From an uncultured Spirochaetota bacterium (GTDB lineage Bacteria > Spirochaetota > Spirochaetia > SZUA-6 > Fen-1364): a stretch of 64,000 nucleotides of DNA. This document shows, one piece after another, positions 48,218 to 58,689 of the stretch. Both the position numbers and the translations under genes were made by a program. Numbering within the stretch: position 1 is the first letter of the stretch; every line of letters begins with the position of its first letter. The stretch lies in NCBI GenBank assembly GCA_963820525.1, contig CAWGAA010000001.1, positions 2,784,001-2,848,000 on the forward strand, given 5' to 3'. The notes under the pieces are model-generated. The model had not been told where the DNA came from and searched no databases. It saw only the letters and a program-made list of their open reading frames with translations.

Positions 48218-49213
48218 TTATTGTAGAAAGTTCCTTATGGCCGCCTGAGTCTCGGCCGCTTTTACCCATACCTGGTCATGTCCGGCATCCGGGATGGTTA
48301 TGTACGTATTTGTGACGTGGGAGAAATAGCTTTCCATCACATGCCGCATGTAGGCGTCCGTCATGACACCGTTCAAGCCTCCCCGGACAAAAAGCACATC
48401 GCCACTGAACGCTCCAAAACCTGCGGTGAAGTCCCACGACGGCGAATTACCCTTGATCCCTTCCTCGGTCAACGTTTTATGAGCCACCGCCCCGTTTCTC
48501 CAGAACGGCATTCTGTCGGTTGTGCTCTCATGGTAATCCGGACAGAAGTTGAATGCTCCCAGCGCCCTTTCGTAATCAAGCCGTGCGTGGCCGTCCGGAG
48601 AGATGAAGTCCTCACCCCATACCCAATCGTTTACCCAGGGCTGAGAGAGATCGGTATCGAAAAAAGGCTTGAAGTAGGTTGTGAAATCTCCGCCTGTCAG
48701 GGGACCCGGATCAATGAGGATCATCCTCGACACTTTGGCCGGGTGCCTGGCGGCATACAGGACTGCGAACTGACACCCCCATGAATGGCCGAGCAGGATG
48801 ACCGTCCCCGTTCCCCTATAGGAGTCGACGATTTGATCCAGGTCGCGGCAATAGATCTCGACACTTATTTCATCAGGATTATGACGCTGGGAGAGGCCGC
48901 TTCCCCGCTGGTCGAACATGACCAGAAAATAGTCGTCCGAAAGCCCCTGCAATCTGGTCAAACCGCGGTAGTCGAATCCCGGTCCGCCGTGCAGGAAGAT
49001 AACGACTGGATTTGAAGGATTGCCAAAGGTCTCCAGGTGGAGTCTGGTCCCGTTGATGTCTTGGCTGGGAAGGGCAGAGTCCTCCATGACTGTCTTGGGG
49101 ACCAGGTTCCCCGGTTCATCCGGGTTCAAGATGCTGCACGCGGAGCAAAGAGCAGCCAATGCGCCGAGCAGCAGCCTCGCCGTGGTCTGTGTTGCCTTTA
49201 ATTTTCTTTTCAT
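48218..49213 (-). CDS. Alpha/beta hydrolase lipoprotein (proline iminopeptidase-like)
   Basis: HGGPG, DQRGSGLS, GHSWG, AGH; lipobox-like LCSAC. Confidence 0.88.
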   Translation of the reverse strand: MKRKLKATQTTARLLLGALAALCSACSILNPDEPGNLVPKTVMEDSALPSQDINGTRLHLETFGNPSNPVVIFLHGGPGFDYRGLTRLQGLSDDYFLVMFDQRGSGLSQRHNPDEISVEIYCRDLDQIVDSYRGTGTVILLGHSWGCQFAVLYAARHPAKVSRMILIDPGPLTGGDFTTYFKPFFDTDLSQPWVNDWVWGEDFISPDGHARLDYERALGAFNFCPDYHESTTDRMPFWRNGAVAHKTLTEEGIKGNSPSWDFTAGFGAFSGDVLFVRGGLNGVMTDAYMRHVMESYFSHVTNTYITIPDAGHDQVWVKAAETQAAIRNFLQ

Positions 49214-49367
49214 TTCCACTCCTCCGTTTGAGGATTCAACACGGCGGAGCAGAATATTTCGTATCGAACTTTGGATTGATTCTGAATATTTCTTCTACGC
49301 CTTTGGATTGAGAGCGGATCTTCAGTCGCTCGCCGGTCCGTGGTTCCTGTGATACAGTCTCATTCGA

Positions 49368-50297
49368 ATGGGGCACCTTCTGATCGCATACGATCTCTTC
49401 GTCCTCATGATCGGATTCGCGGCACTCACCTTCGCCCTGCTCCACGCTTTTCGTTCCCGCACGCCGGGGGCTCTGTATTTCAGCCTCCTGTATTTCCTGT
49501 TCACGGCCATTGTGGTCCTTACGGTCGTGGACAGGTATCTCCTCTTGAACGTGCGAGGCGTCTCCCTCCGTGCTATCTTCATCCTGCGCGGGGTCAAGGA
49601 AGTGCTCCACTTCGCGTTGGTGTACTCCGCCATTCTCTATCTGCAGGATGATCTGGCCTTGATATGGCGCTCCCACATCGCCCTCGGGCTGCTATTCCCA
49701 ACGGTTTTGAGCGCCGCGCTCGTGCTTCTGCCGGGCGGCGTTGTCTTCCGGGAGGAGGAGAGGCGCATCCTCTTCGGTACGGGGTATTTCCTCGCTTCGG
49801 GATGTTCCCTGCTCTTGTTCACCTACGCGATTTCGCTGGGAATCGCGAGCGTCCTGAAGGCAGCAAACGTGAAAACCCGCGGCTTCCGGCTGGGTTTGAT
49901 TCTCTTCGCCGGGGTCGGCTACTTCGAGACCATTGCGGGATTCGTGGCGAACATTATCCGCACCTACGACGTTCTTTCCATGGAACACGGAGGGTTCCTC
50001 TTGAGCTCGGTGCCGTACGCGCTCTATGGCGTTTTCCTGATCGGCTTTTTCGCCCGTTCGGGAGCGATGTCCGACTCGGAAGCGCAAAAACTGTCCGAAG
50101 CCTTCAGCGAGCGCTCAGGGATTACGGCCCGTGAGGAAGAAATTGTCCTGCTGGTCGTCCTCGGAAAAACGAATGGCGAGATCGCCGACGCCCTTAGCAT
50201 ATCCCTCGCCACCGTGAAAACGCATCTCCATAACGTCTTCCGAAAAGCCGGCGTCCGAAGCCGCTACGGCCTCATCCACAAGGCTCGCGGGCGTTGA
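49368..50297 (+). CDS. Membrane-anchored LuxR-type regulator
   Basis: Multiple TM helices; ITAREEEIV...G.TN.EIA..L.IS..TVKTHL..VFRK. Confidence 0.9.
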   Translation: MGHLLIAYDLFVLMIGFAALTFALLHAFRSRTPGALYFSLLYFLFTAIVVLTVVDRYLLLNVRGVSLRAIFILRGVKEVLHFALVYSAILYLQDDLALIWRSHIALGLLFPTVLSAALVLLPGGVVFREEERRILFGTGYFLASGCSLLLFTYAISLGIASVLKAANVKTRGFRLGLILFAGVGYFETIAGFVANIIRTYDVLSMEHGGFLLSSVPYALYGVFLIGFFARSGAMSDSEAQKLSEAFSERSGITAREEEIVLLVVLGKTNGEIADALSISLATVKTHLHNVFRKAGVRSRYGLIHKARGR

Positions 50298-50305
50298 TTT
50301 TGGCT

Positions 50306-51451
50306 CTAGAAATGGTACTGCAGGGAGAAGCCGAACGGCGAGAATGCGCTTCCGTCCAGCTTTGTCATGTTCAGCGCCCAGCTCATGTATGCCGAAAGGT
50401 GCAGCTTGTTGAAGACGGCCGCCACAATTCCCGCGCCCGTTGTACATACGACCCCCTGGCTGCCTGAGTCCGTGTACCGGTAGTAGCCCGAATCGAGAAA
50501 GGCGAAAATCCCGGGAATGAGGTCCGGGTGAACGAGGGATGGGAAGAGCATGCGCAGCTCCAGGTTGTCCACCGCTTTCAGCTCCGCGTCGAAACGCCCC
50601 TTCTCGAGGCCCCTCACCCATCCGCCCAACCCGGGACGCTGCTGAAAACCCCCGATGCTCTGCCGGGCCAGGATGGGTATGTATGAGCCATACAGGTAAT
50701 CCACGATGAGATTGTTGCCCGCCGTGAGGCTCGCCCACGTGTATTCTGCGTCCTTCGGCACGACGAACAGAGGCAGGAAATAATCCACCCGAAGGGTGAG
50801 TCTCGAGAAATCGCTTTTCCCGACAACGGTATTGAAGAAAAACTCCGGGCTCCACTCCAGGGACGTTTCGACGAACAATCCGGATTTGCTCCCGCTCCTT
50901 TCATTTTCCTGGGCTACGTTGAGCGCAAGCTCCAGGAAAAGCGAGTTCTGAAGTATCCCGTAAGCATCGGGCGGTCTGCCCGATTGCCGGAGGAGCAGCG
51001 AGGCTCCGCCCGGGTTGTTGCTCGTGAGGATGCCGCGGTAGTAAAGCGTCGACTCCAGAATGTTGCGCGTGCGTTCAATGTCCCGGAGGAGCCCCTGGCT
51101 TATCCCGAGCCCCCAGCTCATTCCCGTAGTATAGAAGGAAAGAGCGTCGGAAGGCTCCGAATCCTGGCTTGTGACCTGCGTGCCGTCCGGTTTCCTCAGG
51201 TAGAAAGTCGGCTCATACGCGCCGCCGATGCCGATCCAGAGTGTGGTGTCCAGGCCGGGAACGAGGCGAAGCTCCCGATTCCCTATCCTTGCATCGACTC
51301 CGAACATCTTTGGCTGCGGCCTGATCACCCATGCAGGTCCCCCATCCGCCGCCGTGCCCAGCTCAATGCCCTGAAACTCCTGACCATGAAGGGTAAGGCT
51401 CGGGAAGACCGATACGATGGCCGCGAGGATCAGGCTTTTCATGCGCATCAC
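50306..51451 (-). CDS. Outer-membrane beta-barrel protein (Omp85/BamA barrel-like)
   Basis: Signal peptide; GG..VRG, NLELR, FLDSG motifs; C-terminal YHF. Confidence 0.65.
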   Translation of the reverse strand: MMRMKSLILAAIVSVFPSLTLHGQEFQGIELGTAADGGPAWVIRPQPKMFGVDARIGNRELRLVPGLDTTLWIGIGGAYEPTFYLRKPDGTQVTSQDSEPSDALSFYTTGMSWGLGISQGLLRDIERTRNILESTLYYRGILTSNNPGGASLLLRQSGRPPDAYGILQNSLFLELALNVAQENERSGSKSGLFVETSLEWSPEFFFNTVVGKSDFSRLTLRVDYFLPLFVVPKDAEYTWASLTAGNNLIVDYLYGSYIPILARQSIGGFQQRPGLGGWVRGLEKGRFDAELKAVDNLELRMLFPSLVHPDLIPGIFAFLDSGYYRYTDSGSQGVVCTTGAGIVAAVFNKLHLSAYMSWALNMTKLDGSAFSPFGFSLQYHF

Positions 51452-51891
51452 TTCAGCTCGACGAGGATGTCGTCCACGTCGCGGTCTACGGGAAACGCGA
51501 TGTCGGTGAATCGCGGTTTCCCGATCGCGGCAGCTCTTTTCCTGTAGGTGCTCATGGGCTCCGTCGGACCGAAAAGGCCCTTGTCCAGCACGCCGTTTCC
51601 GTTCGTGTCCAGGAAGCAGATGATGCAGTACATGCCCTCCGCCACTTCCTCCACCGTGAACGGGATGCGTACGGAGCCGGAGCCGCTCCCCCGCGCTGCC
51701 AGGGTCACGGTGTATGGCGCGCCGCGGCCCTCGTCCCGGCCGAAGGTCTCCTCGGTGTAGAGCATGAGCCGCACGGTGCCCTCGCGGCCCACCGAGATCG
51801 TTCCGCCTACGCTGTGCGTCCGGGTTTCAGCGCAGAGCGGAATCGTGGAGAGGAGAAGCAAGGCACAGGCAAGTGCATGCATGTATTTCAT
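51448..51891 (-). CDS. DUF2141 family protein
   Basis: G.Y.I..F.D.NGNG.LD.GLFGP.EP motif. Confidence 0.82.
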   Translation of the reverse strand: MKYMHALACALLLLSTIPLCAETRTHSVGGTISVGREGTVRLMLYTEETFGRDEGRGAPYTVTLAARGSGSGSVRIPFTVEEVAEGMYCIICFLDTNGNGVLDKGLFGPTEPMSTYRKRAAAIGKPRFTDIAFPVDRDVDDILVELK

Positions 51892-51903
51892 TTCATTCCT
51901 CCA

Positions 51904-53154
51904 TCAGTAATGGAAATAAAGATCGAGCTCCGCCTGGAAGGGATTCGGCTTGGAGCCCATTTCGGAGCCGGCCGCTCCGTACTGGATCCGTGAGGTCAGG
52001 ACGGCCTCGAAGTTGTCGAACGGCGCGTAGGAGAAGGACGCGCTGCACGATAAGCTCAGGTCATCCAGGTTCCACAGCACCGAGAGCGATGGGGTGAAGT
52101 AGAGCAGGTCGAACGGCTCGGGCTGGGTTATTTTCACATTGATGTAATCCCGCATGACGGCCGGTTTTTCGAGCAGGGGCATGGACTGCCGGCGCGCCGT
52201 GCCGATGAGCTGCTGGTTACCCGAGCGCAGGATGTTTTCGTTGTACGCAAGGAAAGCCCCGTATTCCGAGGTTGAATAGCCGGCGCCGTTGTAGAAGTAT
52301 TCGACGACGGCGGTCGTATTCCAGGGGCTCAGGAACCGCATCCCCACAAGCGCCCGCTCTGAATCCTCCTGGAGGGTTGCGGGGAGGGGGCCGTCGAACG
52401 CGGTCTTCGGGGTTTGAAGACAGTACGCCGCTTCGCCGTGAAATTCGAGGTTCTCAAGAAGGTTGAAGGACACGTCCGCGCCCACCTTGTGCTGCCCGGC
52501 GGAGCTGTACAGGCCCATGACGTCCGCATCCACGCCTCCAATGAGAAATGTGAGTTTCAACGCCATGTCCGTGTCCTCGATGTCGAACGAATTGTCCCCC
52601 GCTATCGGACCGGGTATGACAAGCAGGCTTGCCGACGCGGTCTGGAAGAAATCGGATGGGAGGCTCACCAGGAACTCCGCGTCCAGCGAGACGATGCCCT
52701 GAGCGCGCTTCTCAGGGGTTCTCGGATCCTTCTCCGGGTTGACGAACCCGACGGCCGAGAAGGCGTACCCCTTGCCCCAACCGTAGATGATACGTCCGAC
52801 TCCGAGAGAGATGTTGTTCGATACATTGACCGTCCCCCGCAGCTCGTCGATGGTGAGCGAAACGAAATCGCCCGCGGTGTCGACCGTGCTCTTCAGGGAA
52901 AACGCCAGGTAGGGATTGCTATACTCCGCGTCGGCAGCAAGGAGGAATTCGAGCGCATTGGCGTAATGCGAAGAGGCGTATTGGTAGAGGTCGAGCAGGT
53001 ACTGGGGCGTGGACGGGGACACGTAGTATCCCTGGTACGCGCCTTGAAGGAAGCCGTTGATTGAGAGGCCGTCCCTCTCGGGAAGCGCGTCTTCCGGGAA
53101 AAGCGGCAACGCGATAGAGAGGACCAGGAGCGCGGGCATGAGCGTCGTTTTCAT
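51904..53154 (-). CDS. Putative outer-membrane beta-barrel protein
   Basis: Signal peptide; GR....WG, EY.YNG.G motifs; C-terminal aromatic residue. Confidence 0.65.
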   Translation of the reverse strand: MKTTLMPALLVLSIALPLFPEDALPERDGLSINGFLQGAYQGYYVSPSTPQYLLDLYQYASSHYANALEFLLAADAEYSNPYLAFSLKSTVDTAGDFVSLTIDELRGTVNVSNNISLGVGRIIYGWGKGYAFSAVGFVNPEKDPRTPEKRAQGIVSLDAEFLVSLPSDFFQTASASLLVIPGPIAGDNSFDIEDTDMALKLTFLIGGVDADVMGLYSSAGQHKVGADVSFNLLENLEFHGEAAYCLQTPKTAFDGPLPATLQEDSERALVGMRFLSPWNTTAVVEYFYNGAGYSTSEYGAFLAYNENILRSGNQQLIGTARRQSMPLLEKPAVMRDYINVKITQPEPFDLLYFTPSLSVLWNLDDLSLSCSASFSYAPFDNFEAVLTSRIQYGAAGSEMGSKPNPFQAELDLYFHY

Positions 53155-53900
53155 TTGGCGAGCCCCTTCAATTTCGACATGTATGCCAGCGTGAAAAATT
53201 CGTCGGGAAACTCCTTTGCCTGTATGCGCGTGAAGACCATCTTCGACGTGTAGCCTTCATGGAGCGAGCTTGTCGTGGTCATGACGGCAGGCCGTACGAT
53301 GCCGTTTCCGAAATCTTTCGTGTCCGAGAACTCGATTGTCTTCAGGAGCATTCTGCCCGCCGTGTGGCATTCGATTTTTTCCACGATCAGGCCCTTCTTC
53401 TGGACGTACATCCTGACGTACGCGTACGCGACGCTGTTCGAGCGGGCGCGCAGGTCGAGGACGAAGCGCCCTTCATCCTGCGAGGCGATGGACGGGGCGT
53501 ATTCGACCGAAAAGTCGAGGGCAAGGATGTCCGCGTTGTCGAATATCCCCCCTGTGACGGATTGGAGGCTCGTCTGGCGGATGGGGCGTCCCACGCTCGG
53601 AATGTAGAGCCACAGGTTGTCGCCCACCCTGAGCATGGAGCGATCCTTTTCGCTCGACGGCGCCAGGAAAAGAAGCGCTATCCTGTCCGTCCCTTTCTTG
53701 ATCATGTACACGTCGTGGGTTTTCTGCGTGCCGTTCGGTTCGATGTCGATGATCCTCCGAAACGCACCGTAGGAAGAGGGCATGAGATTCCGGTCAACCT
53801 GCCGGAGCAGGTCATCGGCATCCTGCCCGAAGGCGGCGGAGCAGAGGGAGACGAGAATGGCCGTGAGAACGGGCGTCAGACCACATGAAGCTGATTTCAT
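53151..53900 (-). CDS. Outer membrane lipoprotein-sorting (LolA-like) protein
   Basis: F.AP...K....L....NLWLYIP, AY......V, LLK motifs. Confidence 0.82.
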   Translation of the reverse strand: MKSASCGLTPVLTAILVSLCSAAFGQDADDLLRQVDRNLMPSSYGAFRRIIDIEPNGTQKTHDVYMIKKGTDRIALLFLAPSSEKDRSMLRVGDNLWLYIPSVGRPIRQTSLQSVTGGIFDNADILALDFSVEYAPSIASQDEGRFVLDLRARSNSVAYAYVRMYVQKKGLIVEKIECHTAGRMLLKTIEFSDTKDFGNGIVRPAVMTTTSSLHEGYTSKMVFTRIQAKEFPDEFFTLAYMSKLKGLAK

Positions 53901-53927
53901 ATTTGCGCAACCTCCATGGATTTCTTC

Positions 53928-55172
53928 CTACACGTGGCCAAGGGCGTCCACCGGGTCGAGTCGCGAGGCTTTGTGGGCCGGCTGCAGACTGGCCAGGATG
54001 GAAACCAGGATAACCATGACGGAAACGGAAGCGATGTCCGCCGGCGTGAGCCGCGTGATGAGCTGTAGGGTGAAGGGGCCCGCCTTGAAGTGGATGGCGG
54101 CCGCGTCGAGGATGACCAGAACGAGCCCCCCGACTGCAAGCCCGACGACGAGGCTCATGGCCCCCAGCGTGACCCCCTCCAGGAGAAAGAGCCTTCGGAT
54201 GCGGCGCGCCGGGGTGCCCATTGCCGATATGGTCCCGATCTCCTTGGTGCGCTCGTACACCGCCATCATCATGATGTTGAGAACGCTGATGAGGACGATG
54301 GCGATGAGCACGAACTTCACCACGTAGGTGACGATGCTGACGAGCATGAGGATGCTGGTGAACGGGCTCAAGCTTTCCCACGTGTCGACCTCGTAGACCG
54401 CCCCATCCAAAGCCCGTCCGCCGGGTCCCCCGGACAGAAGCGCCCCGTACACGCTCTTGAGGCGGTCGATGTCGCGCAGGCGGATCGCCACCTCCGATAT
54501 TTCAGGCTCATCCATTTGCAGCAGCGCCTCGGCGTCCGAGATGTGGATGTAGCCGTTTCTCAGGAACTCTCCGGCTGCGAAGCCTTCCAGGATTCCCGCG
54601 ACCGTGAAGACGGCGCCGTTCATGGAGCCGTGCCTGTTGGTGCAGACCAGAACGACGGAGTCGCCGATGGAGAGGTGGAATGCGGTCGCTATCAGGCCGG
54701 GAATGATGATTTCGCCGGGCTTGAGGAAGCGCTCCGTATCCTTGACCTCCGTGAGGCGGTCCGGAAGCGCCGGGCAGGTCCTCGATTCCCTTTCGGGATC
54801 AACGGCCGTAAGCTTCATCGTCGTCGTTTCTGTGTATATGCTGGCCATGGCCATGAAGTTGATCCGCGGGCTGTACGCCTCCACGTCGGCGTTGTTGTCC
54901 AGCGCCTCCCGAAGGTGTTCCATCTCCTTGCCGTCCAGATAGAGGTTGAGGGGGCTGGCATTGATGATTTTCGTGTATCCCTTCTTGTGGACCTGCACGT
55001 GGGAGAGCATCGTGTCCGTCAGGATGCTCGTGACCGAGTACCTGAATCCGCCGACGAACCCCGATGTGACGACGACGAGCATGACCCCGATGACGATGAG
55101 CATCGAGGTGAGGAGCGTCCTCCGCCTGTAGCGGAACAGGTTCCTGAGAGCGATCTTAGCGAGATTGCGCAT
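53928..55172 (-). CDS. FtsX/LolCE-like ABC permease
   Basis: IALRNL.R..RRT.LT, ERTKEIGT..A.G, PA.KASRLDPVDAL. Confidence 0.9.
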   Translation of the reverse strand: MRNLAKIALRNLFRYRRRTLLTSMLIVIGVMLVVVTSGFVGGFRYSVTSILTDTMLSHVQVHKKGYTKIINASPLNLYLDGKEMEHLREALDNNADVEAYSPRINFMAMASIYTETTTMKLTAVDPERESRTCPALPDRLTEVKDTERFLKPGEIIIPGLIATAFHLSIGDSVVLVCTNRHGSMNGAVFTVAGILEGFAAGEFLRNGYIHISDAEALLQMDEPEISEVAIRLRDIDRLKSVYGALLSGGPGGRALDGAVYEVDTWESLSPFTSILMLVSIVTYVVKFVLIAIVLISVLNIMMMAVYERTKEIGTISAMGTPARRIRRLFLLEGVTLGAMSLVVGLAVGGLVLVILDAAAIHFKAGPFTLQLITRLTPADIASVSVMVILVSILASLQPAHKASRLDPVDALGHV

Positions 55173-55865
55173 TGCCGTTGCCTCCCTGCCTGCGGTCGAC
55201 GAGCCGGCCGTCCTCCAGGACGTATATCCACTCGGCTTCTCCTACGATCTTCTGATCGTGCGTAGAGAAGATGAAGGTCGTGCCGAGGCTTTCCTTCATC
55301 GCCTTCATGACCGCGATCACCTTCAGGGCCGTTTGGTGATCGAGGTTGGCAGTCGGCTCATCCGCCAGAACCACCTTCGGGTTCGTCACCAGGGCGCGGG
55401 CCACCGCAACGCGCTGTTTCTGCCCCCCGAAATTTGGGACGGGAGCTTATCCTTCTGGTCGGACATCCCTACACGGCTCAGGAAATCCATTACGCGCGCG
55501 GCGCGCTCCTTCTTCCTGACATTGCTCACCATGATCAACGGGTATTCGACGTTTTCGAAAACGGTGAGAACCGGGATGAGGTTGAAGTCCTGGAATATGA
55601 ACCCGAGGTGCTCGCTTCGAAAGCGTACGGTCGCCTCGCGGCAGAGCGATTGGATCTGCTGTCCCGCGATCGTGATGCTGCCTGCAGTCGGCCGGGCCAG
55701 GCAGCCGAGAAGGTTCAGCAGAGTGGTCTTTCCGCTCCCCGACGGTCCTATGAAGCTGACGAACGATCCCGTGTCGATGCCCAAGGTCACGCCCCTGAGG
55801 GCATGCACTTCGATGTCTCCATTTTTGTATACCTTGCTTACCTCTCTCATCTCGATCACTTTCAT
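55156..55865 (-). CDS. LolD-like ABC ATP-binding protein with a 1-bp frameshift in a G run (~55423-55428)
   Basis: GPSGSGKTT; ISGG|QKQRVAVARAL..DEPTANLD is restored by adding one G. Confidence 0.82.
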
Positions 55866-55901
55866 CAAAACATCTCCTCCATGCACGCGGTGTCATAGAA
55901 C

Positions 55902-55919
55902 AATCAAGAAGCGTGCCAA
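55902..55919 (-). promoter_or_regulatory. Candidate sigma54 (-24/-12) promoter
   Basis: TTGGCACG-CTTC-TTGAT on the minus strand; -12 is GA rather than GC; NtrC-family gene adjacent. Confidence 0.55.
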
Positions 55920-56008
55920 GACGGGAGTTGGCGGTGGGATGAAAAGCCGGGAAAACTGTGAATATTTGCCTTTTTTCGATGTCCGATCCCGGCCTTCGGC
56001 GGACCCGG

Positions 56009-56025
56009 TGCGTAATGATTACGCA
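56009..56025. promoter_or_regulatory. Perfect palindrome TGCGTAAT-G-ATTACGCA, candidate enhancer (UAS)
   Basis: 8-1-8 inverted repeat about 90-105 bp upstream of the sigma54-like site. Confidence 0.55.
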
Positions 56026-56123
56026 ATGCCCGAATCTGATTCCTTTTTATGCATCGCCGCCGGTGGCTTGACACTTGGCCCACTCCGGCAAATAAAATGG
56101 CTTTGGGGTGCGGTGAGGCACGA

Positions 56124-57341
56124 ATGAAAATCTTCAGGGAAGAGGCCCTGTTCGTCCTGGCGCTGATAGTCCTTTTTCTATTTACGATCGGGCTGGTCGT
56201 TTTTTACTCCACCATCTTCAGCAACACCAACCTTGGCATGGTGAAAAAGGGAATAGGTATCGTCGCCGGCGACCTGATCCTCCGCTATAGGGAGAGGAAG
56301 GAGCTGGTCCCCGACGGCTTCGGGGAGTTGTTGGGCGCCGGCATCTATGGGGAGAACGGCCTGCTCCTGGCCGGGTTCGGAAGCGCCCCTTCTCGCCTGG
56401 AAAAAGCCGCGGGGGAATCGATGGTCGTCGATAATCGACGCCAGAGCATCAGGGCGATCCTTTTCAGGAGCGTGCAGCTCTCCGACGGGCGGACGGATGG
56501 GCCGTATCGTGTTTTCGCGGAGGTGGATATCCACGAACAGCTCCGGAGATTCACCTTCATCAAATACACGAGCCTCATGGGCCCCATTCTCCTTGCCGTC
56601 GTCATGGTCACCATGGTCGCGCTATACACCCGCAACGTGAAGTACCGCAGAAAGATATCGCTCCAGGAGCAAATGGTGCACCTGGGGGAGGCGGCCCGGA
56701 CGCTGTCCCACGAGATCAAGAACCCCTTGAGCGCGATCAGGCTCCAGACGGCGTACCTCAGGCGGGTCTCCCCCGACGTGAACCTCACGTCGATAGGCAT
56801 CATCGAAGAGGAGGTGGATCGGCTGGCCAACCTGAGCAAACAGGTGGCCAACTTCATACGGGATCCCCGGGGTACTCCCGAGGACATCGATCTGTGCGAC
56901 TTCATCGAGAAGCTGTGCTCCCGGTTCCATCATCCCGTCGTCTTCGACGGCTTGCGGAAGGGCTCCCTGTATATTTCTGCGGACAGGGAAAGGCTCAGGT
57001 CCGTCTTCGAGAACATGCTACGGAATGCGGACGAGAGCATGCTCCCCGAAACCGAGGGGGGCGCGGAGGCGTCAGGTCTTCAGGCGCCTATTGAGATCCG
57101 TTTCCGCACCGAAAGGGAGAACGTCGTGGTGGAAGTCCTCGACAGGGGCTGCGGCGTCGCGGGCGGGAAGTCCGAAAGGCTCTTTGATCCCTTCGTCACG
57201 ACAAAAGTGAAGGGCTCGGGCCTGGGGTTGTTCATCGCTCGAAGTTTTGCCGAAGCGGCGTCGGGTTCCATCCGGCTGGGAAACCGCTCGGGCGGCGGCA
57301 CCGCGGTAGCCGTCTCCTTTCCCCTGAGGAAGAAGAAATGA
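56124..57341 (+). CDS. Sensor histidine kinase
   Basis: SHEIKNPL, NMLRNA, DRGCG, FDPFVTTK, GSGLGL motifs. Confidence 0.92.
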   Translation: MKIFREEALFVLALIVLFLFTIGLVVFYSTIFSNTNLGMVKKGIGIVAGDLILRYRERKELVPDGFGELLGAGIYGENGLLLAGFGSAPSRLEKAAGESMVVDNRRQSIRAILFRSVQLSDGRTDGPYRVFAEVDIHEQLRRFTFIKYTSLMGPILLAVVMVTMVALYTRNVKYRRKISLQEQMVHLGEAARTLSHEIKNPLSAIRLQTAYLRRVSPDVNLTSIGIIEEEVDRLANLSKQVANFIRDPRGTPEDIDLCDFIEKLCSRFHHPVVFDGLRKGSLYISADRERLRSVFENMLRNADESMLPETEGGAEASGLQAPIEIRFRTERENVVVEVLDRGCGVAGGKSERLFDPFVTTKVKGSGLGLFIARSFAEAASGSIRLGNRSGGGTAVAVSFPLRKKK

Positions 57342-58657
57342 AAGTGCTCGTGGCGGACGACGAACGCAACATCCGCAACACGATAGCAGACTTCCTGAAG
57401 CTTGAGGAAATCGAGTCCATGAGCGCGGAGAACGGGCTCTCCGCACGGCGCCTCCTGGAGAGCCAGTTCTTCGACGCGGCCGTCGTCGACCTCCGCATGC
57501 CGGGGATGGACGGCCTGTCGCTCCTCCATTGGATACGGGAAGAGGGACCCGAGATTCCCGTGATCATCATATCGGCGTATGGCGAAATAAAAGATGCCGT
57601 GCAGGCGATGAAGCTCGGGGCGGCGGACTACATCGTGAAACCCTTTGATCCTGAAGAGCTGGTGATGCGCCTGAGGAAGATCCTCCAGCTCCGTTGGCTG
57701 CAAGAGGAATGCGAGACGGGGCGCCGCGCGTTCGACGGTGAATCTGAGGTCATCGGAGTGACGAAAGCCATGGGGGACATCAAGGAGCTCGTCAAGAAGG
57801 TGGCCTCCACGAGCTCGACGGTCCTCATTACCGGAGAGAGCGGCACGGGCAAGGAGGTCATTGCGAGGCTCCTCCACCGGGAGGGCCGGGGTCCGCAGAC
57901 TCCTTTCGTTGCGCTGAACGTCGGCGCCATCCCCGAAAGCCTTCTGGAGAGCGAGCTCTTCGGGCACGAGAAAGGGGCTTTCACCGGGGCGGAGGCGCGC
58001 AAGCTGGGGATGTTCGAGCTGGCTTCCTCGGGGACACTCCTTCTGGACGAGATAGGGGAAATGCCTCTTCACCTGCAGGTGAAACTGCTTCGCGTGGTCC
58101 AGGAGAACAGGATCCAGCGCCTCGGCGGGACCCAGCAGATTCCCATCAACGCGCGTCTTCTGGCGGCCACCAACAGGAACCTTCACGCGATGGTGGAGGA
58201 GGGCGGCTTCAGGCAGGACCTCTATTACAGGCTCAACGTCATACACATCCACCTTCCTCCGCTGAGAGAGCGGCGGGAAGACATTCCCCTTCTCGCCGGG
58301 AGCCTGCTGAAGAAACTGGGCAGGAAACTGGAAAGGCCCGTCGCGGACCTGAGCCCCGAAGCCCTTCAGGCCCTCCAGTGCTATGACTTTCCCGGGAACA
58401 TACGCGAGCTGGAAAATATGATCGAACGCGCCCTCATTCTCTGCGAAGGGAGCGTTATCACGTGCTCGGATCTGGGCATGAAGCCGGCCGCAACACCGTA
58501 CCGCGAGGCTCCGCGCGGGACCCTACGGGACATCGAAAAATGGGCCGTTCGGCAGGCCCTGCAGAGATGGGAGGGAAACCGGACGCGGGCTGCCGAGGAG
58601 CTTGGCTGCAGCCGGAAGACTCTTCAGAACAAGATCAAGGAATACGGGCTGGAATGA
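57338..58657 (+). CDS. Sigma54-dependent response regulator (NtrC/AtoC/ZraR family)
   Basis: REC domain; GESGTGKE, ESELFGHEKGAFTGA, FRQDLYYRLNV, GNIREL; Fis-type HTH. Confidence 0.95.
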   Translation: MKVLVADDERNIRNTIADFLKLEEIESMSAENGLSARRLLESQFFDAAVVDLRMPGMDGLSLLHWIREEGPEIPVIIISAYGEIKDAVQAMKLGAADYIVKPFDPEELVMRLRKILQLRWLQEECETGRRAFDGESEVIGVTKAMGDIKELVKKVASTSSTVLITGESGTGKEVIARLLHREGRGPQTPFVALNVGAIPESLLESELFGHEKGAFTGAEARKLGMFELASSGTLLLDEIGEMPLHLQVKLLRVVQENRIQRLGGTQQIPINARLLAATNRNLHAMVEEGGFRQDLYYRLNVIHIHLPPLRERREDIPLLAGSLLKKLGRKLERPVADLSPEALQALQCYDFPGNIRELENMIERALILCEGSVITCSDLGMKPAATPYREAPRGTLRDIEKWAVRQALQRWEGNRTRAAEELGCSRKTLQNKIKEYGLE

Positions 58658-58689
58658 CGCCCGGGAGGCGCCCTATGCGGTGCGGCCTC

